NCBI GenBank assembly: GCA_038225185.1 | Contig: JBBRFA010000003.1 | Coordinates: 10,430 to 74,429 of the forward strand | Source: Chthoniobacterales bacterium | GTDB taxonomy: Bacteria; Verrucomicrobiota; Verrucomicrobiia; Chthoniobacterales; DASVRZ01 | Length of the DNA: 64,000 bases | Direction: 5' to 3' | In this document: positions 54,538 through 62,926 of the stretch, piece by piece | How positions within the stretch are numbered: the stretch's first letter is position 1 | How the letters are laid out: each line of letters opens with the position of its first letter | The notes under the pieces: model-generated | Told to the model about the DNA's origin: nothing | What the model saw: only the letters and a program-made list of their open reading frames with translations | Databases searched by the model: none | Made by a program: the position numbers and the translations under genes

Positions 54538-55857
54538 CTATTGAAACTTCTGGATGGTGGTGGAAAATCGTTGCAGAACTTTTTCCCTGCCTAAAACCTC
54601 CAGCAAATGATAGAGGCTCGGGCCAACAGAACGCCCGGTCGAGGCGACACGGGCGGGATGGATGAGTTCGCCCGATTTAACCCCTCTCGCGGTGGCAGTT
54701 TCCTTAAGAGAGTTTTCCAGCGAGGCCAGATCCCAGGTGGGAAGGGATGAAAATGCATCGTGCAAAGCCTGGAGATGATCGAGGGCGCCTGGTTTGCGTA
54801 GGGTTTTATCCACGCTGGCCTCGTCGTAGGGATAGGAGTCGGTAAAGAAGCAAGAGATCCAATCGGGCACGTCGCCCAGGTGTTTGATTTTTTCCTTTAC
54901 AATGGCAAGCACGGCTAACAATTGCGCTTCGTCGGTGATTTGGATGCCCGCTTTTTCGATGAACGGAAGGCTGAGATCGCGGAAACGTTCGATGGACATT
55001 TGGTTGATGTATTGTCCGTTAAGCCAGAAGCATTTATCGAGGTCGAAATGCGCGTTACGCCGGTTGACGTTTGCCAATTCAAAAAGCGGAATAACTTCCT
55101 CGATGGCGAGTTTTTCGCGATTGTCCTTGGGCGACCATCCTAACAGACAGAGATAGTTAATGACAGCCTCTGGGGCGTAACCGCCTTCGATATAGCTTTG
55201 CACGCTGGCACCCTGATCGCGCTTGCTCATTTTGGAGCCGTCCTTGTTGAGGATAAGCGGGATGTGGCCGAAAAGGGGGGGCTTCTCGCCCAGTGCCTCG
55301 TAGATTTGCACGTGCTTGGGAGTATTGGAAAGATGATCTTCGCCGCGGATGACGTGGGTCATTTTCATTTCGATATCATCGACCACGTTAACAAAATGGA
55401 AGATCCAGCCTCCGTCGGGGCGACGAATGGTCATATCGGGATTGGTCACCGGATTGGAGAGATCAAAGGTAACTTTGCCGCAGATCACGTCCTCGACGGT
55501 GGTGTTGCCGCGATAGGTTTTGAAACGAAGGGTGCCGTGATCTTCGTAGATGCGCCCGGCTGCGACCAATTTGTCGAAGTATTTTTGATAAATGGCGTCG
55601 CGTTGACTTTGGAAGTAAGGGCCGTGTTCGCCGCCTTTGAGCGGGCCTTCGTCCCAGTCGAGACCGAGCCATTCGAGGCCGTCGTAAATGGCCTGGACAG
55701 CCTCGGGAGTGTTGCGGGCTTTGTCGGTATCCTCGATGCGAAGGATGAGTTTGCCGCCGGTATGCCGGGCAAAAAGCCAGTTAAAAAGGGCGGTGCGGGC
55801 GCCTCCGACGTGGAGAAAGCCGGTGGGCGAGGGGGCAAAACGAACGCGGGTGGACAT
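54538..55857 (-). CDS. gltX: Glutamate--tRNA ligase
   Basis: RVRFAPSPTGFLHVGGARTALFNWLFAR (HIGH region) and KMSKR (GSKMSKRD) motifs. 439 aa. Confidence 0.92.
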   Translation of the reverse strand: MSTRVRFAPSPTGFLHVGGARTALFNWLFARHTGGKLILRIEDTDKARNTPEAVQAIYDGLEWLGLDWDEGPLKGGEHGPYFQSQRDAIYQKYFDKLVAAGRIYEDHGTLRFKTYRGNTTVEDVICGKVTFDLSNPVTNPDMTIRRPDGGWIFHFVNVVDDIEMKMTHVIRGEDHLSNTPKHVQIYEALGEKPPLFGHIPLILNKDGSKMSKRDQGASVQSYIEGGYAPEAVINYLCLLGWSPKDNREKLAIEEVIPLFELANVNRRNAHFDLDKCFWLNGQYINQMSIERFRDLSLPFIEKAGIQITDEAQLLAVLAIVKEKIKHLGDVPDWISCFFTDSYPYDEASVDKTLRKPGALDHLQALHDAFSSLPTWDLASLENSLKETATARGVKSGELIHPARVASTGRSVGPSLYHLLEVLGREKVLQRFSTTIQKFQ

Positions 55858-55880
55858 GGTGATTTAGTGATTGGTAAGTG

Positions 55881-57164
55881 TTAGGAATGGAGTCGAATGG
55901 TGGCGGAGGCGGCGTGGGCGTCGAGACCTTCGAGGAGTGCGGCGGCGGCGATGATGGGAGCGGAGGTGCGCAGGGAGGTTTCGTCGAAGCTAACGATGCT
56001 CGTGCGTCGTTGAAATTGATCGACGGTAAGGCCGGCGAAAGATTTCCCAGCGCCGCCGGTGGGCAATGTGTGGCTGGGGCCCGCGAGATAATCGCCCCCA
56101 GCGACGGGAGACCAGTTCCCCAGGAAGATAGCGCCGGCGGTAAGAATGCGTGAGGCGAGGGAATCGGCGTCGCGCGTGATGAGAGTGAGATGTTCGCTGG
56201 AAAACCGGTTGGCCAGCTCCACGCCTTGATCGAGGTCGCGCACGAGAACGAGGAAGGCATTTTTTTGCAACACTTCCAGCAGGTATTGCTGGCGGGATAA
56301 GGTGGCGGATTGTCTTTCGATCTCGTGTTGCACAGAGGTTAGGAGCGATTCGGAGGGGGTAAGAAGTCCGATCACGCTATCGTGTCCATGCTCTGCCTGG
56401 GCAAGCAGATCGGCGGCCACCCAGGCGGGATTGGCAGTGTCGTCGGCGAGGATAAGGATTTCGCTCGGGCCGGGAAGTTGATCGATGGAGACTTTGCCAA
56501 AAACCTGGCGTTTGGCTTCGATCACGTAGGCGTTGCCAGGGCCGAAAATTTTCTGCACCGGACGAAGGGTTGACGTGCCGTGGGCGAGAGCAGCGATGGC
56601 CTGGGCACCGCCAATGCGCCAGACTTCGGTGGCACCAGCCAATTTTAAGGCAAAAAGCAATGCGGGATGAATCTGCCCATCGGCTCCCGCAGGTGTGGTT
56701 ACCACGATTTCGGGCACACTGGCGACGGCGGCGAGAGTCACGGTCATGATCGCCGTGGAGACGAGAGGAGCGGTGCCGCCGGGCACGTAAATACCGACGC
56801 GTTGGAAAGGATCGAAGCGTTCGCCGACCAGAACTCCCTGGGCATTATGCGAAGTCCAATTTTGGCGAAGCGATTGACGGGCAAATTCGGCGACGTTGGC
56901 ATGGCAGAGGCGCAGGGTTTTTTCGGTGGCCAAATCGACACTGGCGGAGGCAAGTGCAGCCGCAGAGACCTGGAGCCGGTCGGAAGTGAGAGTGGGACCG
57001 CCAAATTTTTCGGTCAAAGCAATCAAAGCATCGTTTCCTCCGGCGATGACTTGCTCGAGAATATCGGCAACCGTCTGGCGCACGGCCGGGGTGGGCGCGG
57101 CGAAACGGTCCAGCCGGGCGGTGGTTTCGGCAAAATCGGTGCTGTCGTGGCGCAAAATTTTCAT
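55881..57164 (-). CDS. hisD: Histidinol dehydrogenase
   Basis: 427 aa. IYVPGGTAPLVST, AEHGHDS (QAEH region), and AGPSHTLPTGG motifs. Confidence 0.92.
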   Translation of the reverse strand: MKILRHDSTDFAETTARLDRFAAPTPAVRQTVADILEQVIAGGNDALIALTEKFGGPTLTSDRLQVSAAALASASVDLATEKTLRLCHANVAEFARQSLRQNWTSHNAQGVLVGERFDPFQRVGIYVPGGTAPLVSTAIMTVTLAAVASVPEIVVTTPAGADGQIHPALLFALKLAGATEVWRIGGAQAIAALAHGTSTLRPVQKIFGPGNAYVIEAKRQVFGKVSIDQLPGPSEILILADDTANPAWVAADLLAQAEHGHDSVIGLLTPSESLLTSVQHEIERQSATLSRQQYLLEVLQKNAFLVLVRDLDQGVELANRFSSEHLTLITRDADSLASRILTAGAIFLGNWSPVAGGDYLAGPSHTLPTGGAGKSFAGLTVDQFQRRTSIVSFDETSLRTSAPIIAAAALLEGLDAHAASATIRLHS

Positions 57165-57342
57165 GGTGCGGATGGACAGTGTAGGCGGTCTGCTGGCGGG
57201 GTCAATGGTCTGGTCGATGCTTCGGCTGGGTTTCTCATTGGGAAAAAATAAGCACTGGCAGGGGAGGGCGTGGCGTTGGCATGATGCTGTAGTGCATTTT
57301 TCGGCCAGGACTTTTACATCTGCTTCGCGCTGGACCGCTTAT

Positions 57343-58085
57343 ATGGGGTGTCAGATTAATCGGATACGGATCAATACGTTGTCGCGCGACACGGTGGAAG
57401 GTGTGCCGGTCTGGGTAAAAAAGCGCACGCCGGTGAGCCGCTGGCTGGTGAGGGTGGCAACGGTTTTTTCCAACTGGCGCATAATCCGGTGGAAGTGCTG
57501 GCCACGGGGGAACACTGGCGTCGATGGGAGGTGGAGATGTTTTTAGCCTTGAATGGAGGCAATCGTCTGGCCGGGGTGGCGGGCGATGGCGCGGTCTATG
57601 CGGAGATATTACCAGGAGCGGATCTGGGGCAATTTTTAAAAGAGAACCGCTTGAATCCCGCCGTCCTGGGGTTGGCGGGCGATGCCTTCCGGCAAATGCA
57701 TGCGATGCGCGATCCGCTCAGTGGAGATTACTTTTCCCATGGCGATTCGCATTTGGGCAATGTCATCATCGATGAGAAATGTGCGCGTTCGGGCTGGATA
57801 GATTTTGAGACGCGCCATACCGGCGGATTATCGGCGGGAGAACGTCATGCAGACGATTTGCTAGTTTTTTTGCTGGACCTGGCGGGCCGTTCCACGCGGG
57901 AGGAATGGGAGTGGCGCAGCCGGGCTTTTCTCGATGGCTACGGGCGTGCGGAGGTTTTGCATTTCCTTAAAAAACGACTCACCCTCCCGGCGGGGTGGGG
58001 CGCGGTGTGGTGGGCGGTGCGCACGAGCTATCTAAGTCGCCGGGAAATGCAATGGCGGATGGTGGATTTGCGCAAGAGGCTGTGA
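57343..58085 (+). pseudogene. Kdo/WaaP- or APH-like small kinase, apparently split by a 1-nt frameshift at the T6 run 57464-57469
   Basis: Frame 1 (57343-57468) encodes EGVPVWVKKRTPVSRWLVRVATVF (a VxVK-type N-lobe). Frame 3 continues FQLAHNPVEVLATGEHWRRWEVEMF...HGDSHLGNVII...WIDFE (catalytic loop and DFG-like motif). Neither frame alone gives a complete kinase fold. The 5' start is uncertain. Confidence 0.5.
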
Positions 58086-59071
58086 AAAAAACTGTTCTCC
58101 AAATCGTGCAGGTCGCGCTCACCGTGGTGGTGTTAGTATGGTTGTTTCACGACGAAACCAAGCGAGCTGCCATGTGGGAGGCGTTTAAAAAAGCGCAATG
58201 GTCGTGGATCTGGCTGGGCTTGTTTTTGGGCCTGATCGGTGAATTCTGCGGCATCGTGCGCTGGCGTCTTTTATTGTTAGCGCAGGGGATCGAAGCGGGA
58301 TTTGCAAAGGTTTCGCGGTGGTTTTTTATCGCGTTGTTTTTCAATATCTTTCTTCCCGGCACCACGGGAGGGGATTTGGTGCGGCTCTACTATCTGTGGC
58401 GGGAATACCCGGCGCAACGGCAGGGAGCGGTGTTAACATTGGTGGCAGACCGGTTGGTGGGATTGATTCCCCTGATCGTCGCAGCATTCCTAGGTGCCAT
58501 CTGGCAACACGCCTGGCTTACGCAGACGCGGGCGACGACGGGTCTGCTTTATGGAGTGTTGGTTTTTTGCATTGGCATGGCCGTGGTGATCGGGGCGACT
58601 TTCTATCTGGGGGTGCGCGATCTCAAAGTCCCAGCGTGGGTGCCAGGGAACCGGCGGCTGGCCAGCGTGGCAGCCGGTTGGGGTTTGTTTCTCAATGATA
58701 AAAAAAGGTTTGTCTGGACGGTGTTACTTTCGATACCGGTGTTGTTTACCTATTACGGGGGATTTTATTGCGCGGCCAGGGCCGTGAATGCCGGTGTGAG
58801 TTTGGGGCAGATTTTTAGCATCATGCCGATTGTGACGGTGATTACCTCCCTGCCGATAAGTGTCTCGGGGATGGGAATACGGGAGGGGATGTTCGAGCGG
58901 TTGCTAGGCGATCTTTGCGGCACGCCGCCCGAGGTGGCGTCTGTGGTGTCGCTGCTAGGTTTTTCGATTTTTACATTTTTCGGGCTGCTGGGTGCCGTGG
59001 TTTATGTTTTTTCCCCACGTCTGCAACGGCGCGAACTTCAAAAAATGGCACGGGAAGTTGCTCCCCAGTAA
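58052..59071 (+). CDS. Flippase-like / lysyl-phosphatidylglycerol-synthase-TM-domain (UPF0104) membrane protein
   Basis: ~8 TM segments. FFNIFLPGTTGGDLVRLYYL and SLPISVSGMGIREG motifs are typical of this family. The alternative GTG start at 58082 would overlap the kinase stop as GTGA. Confidence 0.75.
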   Translation: MADGGFAQEAVKKTVLQIVQVALTVVVLVWLFHDETKRAAMWEAFKKAQWSWIWLGLFLGLIGEFCGIVRWRLLLLAQGIEAGFAKVSRWFFIALFFNIFLPGTTGGDLVRLYYLWREYPAQRQGAVLTLVADRLVGLIPLIVAAFLGAIWQHAWLTQTRATTGLLYGVLVFCIGMAVVIGATFYLGVRDLKVPAWVPGNRRLASVAAGWGLFLNDKKRFVWTVLLSIPVLFTYYGGFYCAARAVNAGVSLGQIFSIMPIVTVITSLPISVSGMGIREGMFERLLGDLCGTPPEVASVVSLLGFSIFTFFGLLGAVVYVFSPRLQRRELQKMAREVAPQ

Positions 59072-59101
59072 AGGGAGAGGCAGACCCGCAATCCTGGGAC
59101 G

Positions 59102-60505
59102 CTAACTTTTTTTGAATTGCGGGAGATGTTTCCGATGGGCCTGGAGCATTTCCCGGGTGAGTTTCCGGATGCCAGGCAAGGTGAGAAGAGCGCCGGTGAG
59201 AGGATCCATTGCCACGGCTTGCTCCACCAAACGGGGATCGCCCGTTTCGGATGCCAGCACGGTAAGTTCCTGCACATTGATGTTTGTCCGGTTGATGGCA
59301 GCGCAGCCAGCGGGAAGCGGCCCGGGAGAGGTGGGCTGGATGCCGTTCCCGTCCACCAGGCAGGCCACCTCGACGCAGCAATTTCTGGGTAAATTGGGAA
59401 TCAGATGACCGCCGGAGGCAAGGTCGCTGCCGGGTGCGCCCCAGTTTGGCACATTACCGTAAATGACGCTTTTTTCGCCGGTGACGACGGAGTGGATAAT
59501 GCGTGCGCCATATTCCTCCGAGCAGACCGGCGGCTCGCTCAATGTTCCTTTGAGCTTCTTGAGTTGGTCCTCCCAACGGTATTTGCTGCTCACCTCGTAA
59601 TAGTCCCACCGCTCTTTGATGTAGCTATCGATGGTAGCGGCGTCTTTGCGGAACCACGGCAGGTATTCCCCCGCGTGATGCGAGGATTCGGTCTGGAAAT
59701 AACCAAACGTGCGCATGATCTCGGTGCGAACTCTTTCGTAATGATAAACATCGACTCCGTGATCGACTGCGAGATCGCCACCACTCTGCGCCACCTTGCC
59801 GTGCTTGCGGCCCGAGGCCGGGGAGGGGAAATTTTTGTCGAGGAGTTTGCGCAGCGCGGGATACAAATCCCTTTGACCGTGCCGGAATTCGGTGATCCAG
59901 GCCTGATGATTGATCCCGTGGCATTTGAAGGTAACCTCATTATACGGCACGCCCAGTTGATCCGCTAAAAGGCGGGTGGTTCCCTGGACGCTGTGGCAAA
60001 GCCCCACCGCCCGGATCCCGGTGTGGTGCAACGCCCAGCAGTTGATCGCCATGGGATTGGCATAATTAAGGAGAAGGGCGTCGGGGCAGACCTGCCGCAT
60101 GTCGCGGGCGATGGATTGTAAGACGGGAATGCTCCGCAAACCCCGGAAGATTCCTCCTGGATTGAGGGTGTCGCCGACACATTGATCGATTCCATGGCGG
60201 CGCGGAATTTCCTTGTCGAGCCGGTAGGCTTCCAGACCGCCGACCTGGAAGGCGACGATGACAAAGTGGGCACCCTCAAGAGCCTTGCGCTGATCGGTGC
60301 CGTGTTCCACCAGGGTGGGAAATCCGTGATGTCCGATCAATTGCCGGGCAAGAGTGGCAGTTCGGCGAGCCCGGGAGGCGTTGATATCCATGAGGGAAAG
60401 CGTGACTTCCCGCAGCTCGGGGAAACTGAGAATGTCGAGGATCATACGCATGGGGAAGGCCACGCCGCCGGCGCCGATGATGGTGATTTTGAGGAGATGA
60501 TTCAT
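59102..60505 (-). CDS. Glycoside hydrolase family 4 (NAD+/Mn2+-dependent alpha-glucosidase or alpha-galactosidase)
   Basis: KITIIGAGGVAFP Rossmann N-terminus, LLNYANPMAI, and VGLCHSVQGT motifs characteristic of GH4. ATG 60505 is preferred. Confidence 0.85.
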   Translation of the reverse strand: MNHLLKITIIGAGGVAFPMRMILDILSFPELREVTLSLMDINASRARRTATLARQLIGHHGFPTLVEHGTDQRKALEGAHFVIVAFQVGGLEAYRLDKEIPRRHGIDQCVGDTLNPGGIFRGLRSIPVLQSIARDMRQVCPDALLLNYANPMAINCWALHHTGIRAVGLCHSVQGTTRLLADQLGVPYNEVTFKCHGINHQAWITEFRHGQRDLYPALRKLLDKNFPSPASGRKHGKVAQSGGDLAVDHGVDVYHYERVRTEIMRTFGYFQTESSHHAGEYLPWFRKDAATIDSYIKERWDYYEVSSKYRWEDQLKKLKGTLSEPPVCSEEYGARIIHSVVTGEKSVIYGNVPNWGAPGSDLASGGHLIPNLPRNCCVEVACLVDGNGIQPTSPGPLPAGCAAINRTNINVQELTVLASETGDPRLVEQAVAMDPLTGALLTLPGIRKLTREMLQAHRKHLPQFKKS

Positions 60506-60573
60506 GGGAAAAAGAATGCCCTGTCCAACTGCACTAGCCAAGAGGAGAAATGTGCAATAGCATAAATGTGCGT

Positions 60574-61428
60574 ATGAGAGAAGAGATAAATGTCCGTCCG
60601 ATTTTGGGACCTTTTGATGGAATGCCCCTGGCGTTTCTGGGTCTGGGGGAGGAGGTGCGCACCAGAGCCGATTATCGTTGGGATGAAACGATGCGCCAAT
60701 CCCCGGGATTTCTTCTGCTCCAGATTACTCTGGATGGCATGGGAGTATTTGGGCGGACGACTGCCACCGAGAGGGAGGTTCCTCCCGGCACGGCTTTTCT
60801 GGTTTGGATTCCCAGCAGACATTGTTACCGGTTTGATCCGGCCCGGGCCCGGCATTGGCATTTCGTCTGGGCCATGCTTGGCGGGAGTGCCCTGCCCGAT
60901 TACTGGAAGCACTTTGGTGCACGAGATTTTACGTTCATAAAAATTCCGCCCCGGCACAAGATCGTCCGATCTTTGCAGCGTTGGCGTTCCGAAACGGATC
61001 GAGGCTGCCCGATAGACTGGCAACTGGCGAATAGCGCCTCATGGCTGATCCATCAATTACTAATGCTCCATGCGGGAGCCTCGTCTGCGACCAGGGCAAA
61101 GGTTCCGCGTATGCCCGAGGGTTTGCGCACGCGCATTGGCAAGGATGGCTGGGCCAGCCACCACGGAGTCTCCCGGTTCCAGCTTTATCGTCAGATCAAA
61201 AAGGAGAGTGGATTCAGCCCGCGCGATTATCTTGCCCGGCAACGGATCGAACTGGCGTGTTCGCTGCTGGCGGGAAGCGACGAAGCGATCCGCAACGTGG
61301 CTTTGCGCTGTGGTTTTGACGATCCGAATTATTTCGCCCGGTTTTTCCGCAGGCAGACCGGCCATAGCCCGGGTATCTGGCGGGAGAGATTTGGTAGGGC
61401 GTCCAGAGACAGCATCGGATCGGATTAG
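60574..61428 (+). CDS. AraC-family transcriptional regulator
   Basis: C-terminal double HTH (GWASHHGVSRFQLYRQIKKESGFSPRDYLARQRIELACSLL...NVALRCGFDDPNYFARFFRRQTGHSPGIWRE). Divergent from the GH4 gene. The start may be 60550 or 60574. Confidence 0.85.
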   Translation: MREEINVRPILGPFDGMPLAFLGLGEEVRTRADYRWDETMRQSPGFLLLQITLDGMGVFGRTTATEREVPPGTAFLVWIPSRHCYRFDPARARHWHFVWAMLGGSALPDYWKHFGARDFTFIKIPPRHKIVRSLQRWRSETDRGCPIDWQLANSASWLIHQLLMLHAGASSATRAKVPRMPEGLRTRIGKDGWASHHGVSRFQLYRQIKKESGFSPRDYLARQRIELACSLLAGSDEAIRNVALRCGFDDPNYFARFFRRQTGHSPGIWRERFGRASRDSIGSD

Positions 61429-61603
61429 CCCTCCTGAGGGGAGGCGATTTTTCAGGGTTCCGCGCGCTGCAGTCTATCAAAATCGCATCGTAAACCGCCC
61501 TCGCGCGATTCACGGAGATCCGCATCCCCGAGCAAAAGACACCGTTGGCTGGGATATCTGGCACAACCTTTGCTAAAAAGATTTTCTACATGCTGCTTTT
61601 ACC

Positions 61604-62926
61604 ATGCTTACATCTATCTGCCGATCTCAGCGGGTCGGTTTTTCCGGCACAGTAAGTGGTCTGTTGCTTGCTTGTATAGGAGCGGCTTCTCTCACCGCAC
61701 TCCATCCTTTGGAGGCCGCCACCCTCACTTGGTCGGGGGCGGCAGGCGACGGCAATCTCTTCACAAACGGGAATTGGAGCCCAGGGCAGACTCCGGCGAC
61801 GGGCGACGCTCTCATTTTTGCGGGTTCGACGAGCCTCACAAACACCTTTTCCGGCACGGCTTTCTCGGCGGCAGCGATCACTTTCAACGCCACGGCGGGG
61901 GCGTTTGTGATCAATGGTTCAAACACTCTGACGATCTCCGGGGCCGCAGGCATTACCACCAGCAGCACGGCCACGCAGACCCTCAATACCCGGCTTGCCC
62001 TCGGCATTTCGCAGACCTGGACCACTGCAACCGGGGGCAGCCTCGCGGTCGGTGGAAATGTGGCTCTGAGCACTTTCTCGCTCACTCTGGCAGGTGCAGG
62101 CACGACGACGCTTAATGGGGTGCTCAGCGGCACAGGCGGATTGAGCCGGGGCGCCACCAGCACAGGCACGCTGGCGATCAATGGCGCGAATACCTTTTCC
62201 GGCGCGACCTCCCTTTCTTTTGGCACGGTGCAGATTGGCAATAATGCGGCCTTGGGCACTGGCACGGTGACTTTTGCCGGCACCGCGCTCCGACTGGAAG
62301 CCATCGGCGGGGCCAGAACCCTGGCGAATAACCTGATTATCGGCAACACAACGACTTTTCAAGGGACCAATAACCTGACCTTTACCGGCGGCGCAAGCCT
62401 CACCGGCAGCCGTTCCTTCGCAGTAAATGGCACCGGGATCGTCTCCCTCAATGGCGTGGTCAGCCAGAGCACCGCGACCGCACGCACACTGACCAAGTCC
62501 GGGACTGGCACCCTTATTCTCAACGGCATCAACACTTTCACTGGCGGCGTGAATCTTTCCTCCGGGGTGTTGCAAGCGGGAAACAGCAACGCTTTTGGCA
62601 CCGGGACGATCCAGCTCGGTAGCGGCACGCTCCAAGCAGGCGGGAGCCCTCTGATTTTTGCCAATGCGTTAAGTCTCACGGGGAACACCATTTTTTCTGG
62701 GAATCAAAACATCACCTTCAACGGCAACGGTGCCCTGACTGGGAATCGCATCCAAACCGTTAACTCCACCGGCATCGTGACCTACAACGGCGCGATCAGC
62801 GGGGCCGCTTTTCTTTACAAACAAGGCCCCGGCACGATGGCCTTCACCGGTACCACGGCAAACACATTTTCCGGGCTGACCTATATCTATGACGGCACGC
62901 TCTTGCTCGGCAAAACCGCCGGGTAA
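61604..62926 (+). CDS. Autotransporter-associated beta-strand repeat (PATR) giant surface protein, N-terminal segment (ends at an apparently frameshift-generated stop)
   Basis: Signal-peptide-like N-terminus. Repeated ~30-aa units of the type GTGTLILNGINTFTGGVNLSSGVLQAGNSNAFGTG. The stop TAA at 62924-62926 interrupts a repeat. Confidence 0.8.
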   Translation: MLTSICRSQRVGFSGTVSGLLLACIGAASLTALHPLEAATLTWSGAAGDGNLFTNGNWSPGQTPATGDALIFAGSTSLTNTFSGTAFSAAAITFNATAGAFVINGSNTLTISGAAGITTSSTATQTLNTRLALGISQTWTTATGGSLAVGGNVALSTFSLTLAGAGTTTLNGVLSGTGGLSRGATSTGTLAINGANTFSGATSLSFGTVQIGNNAALGTGTVTFAGTALRLEAIGGARTLANNLIIGNTTTFQGTNNLTFTGGASLTGSRSFAVNGTGIVSLNGVVSQSTATARTLTKSGTGTLILNGINTFTGGVNLSSGVLQAGNSNAFGTGTIQLGSGTLQAGGSPLIFANALSLTGNTIFSGNQNITFNGNGALTGNRIQTVNSTGIVTYNGAISGAAFLYKQGPGTMAFTGTTANTFSGLTYIYDGTLLLGKTAG

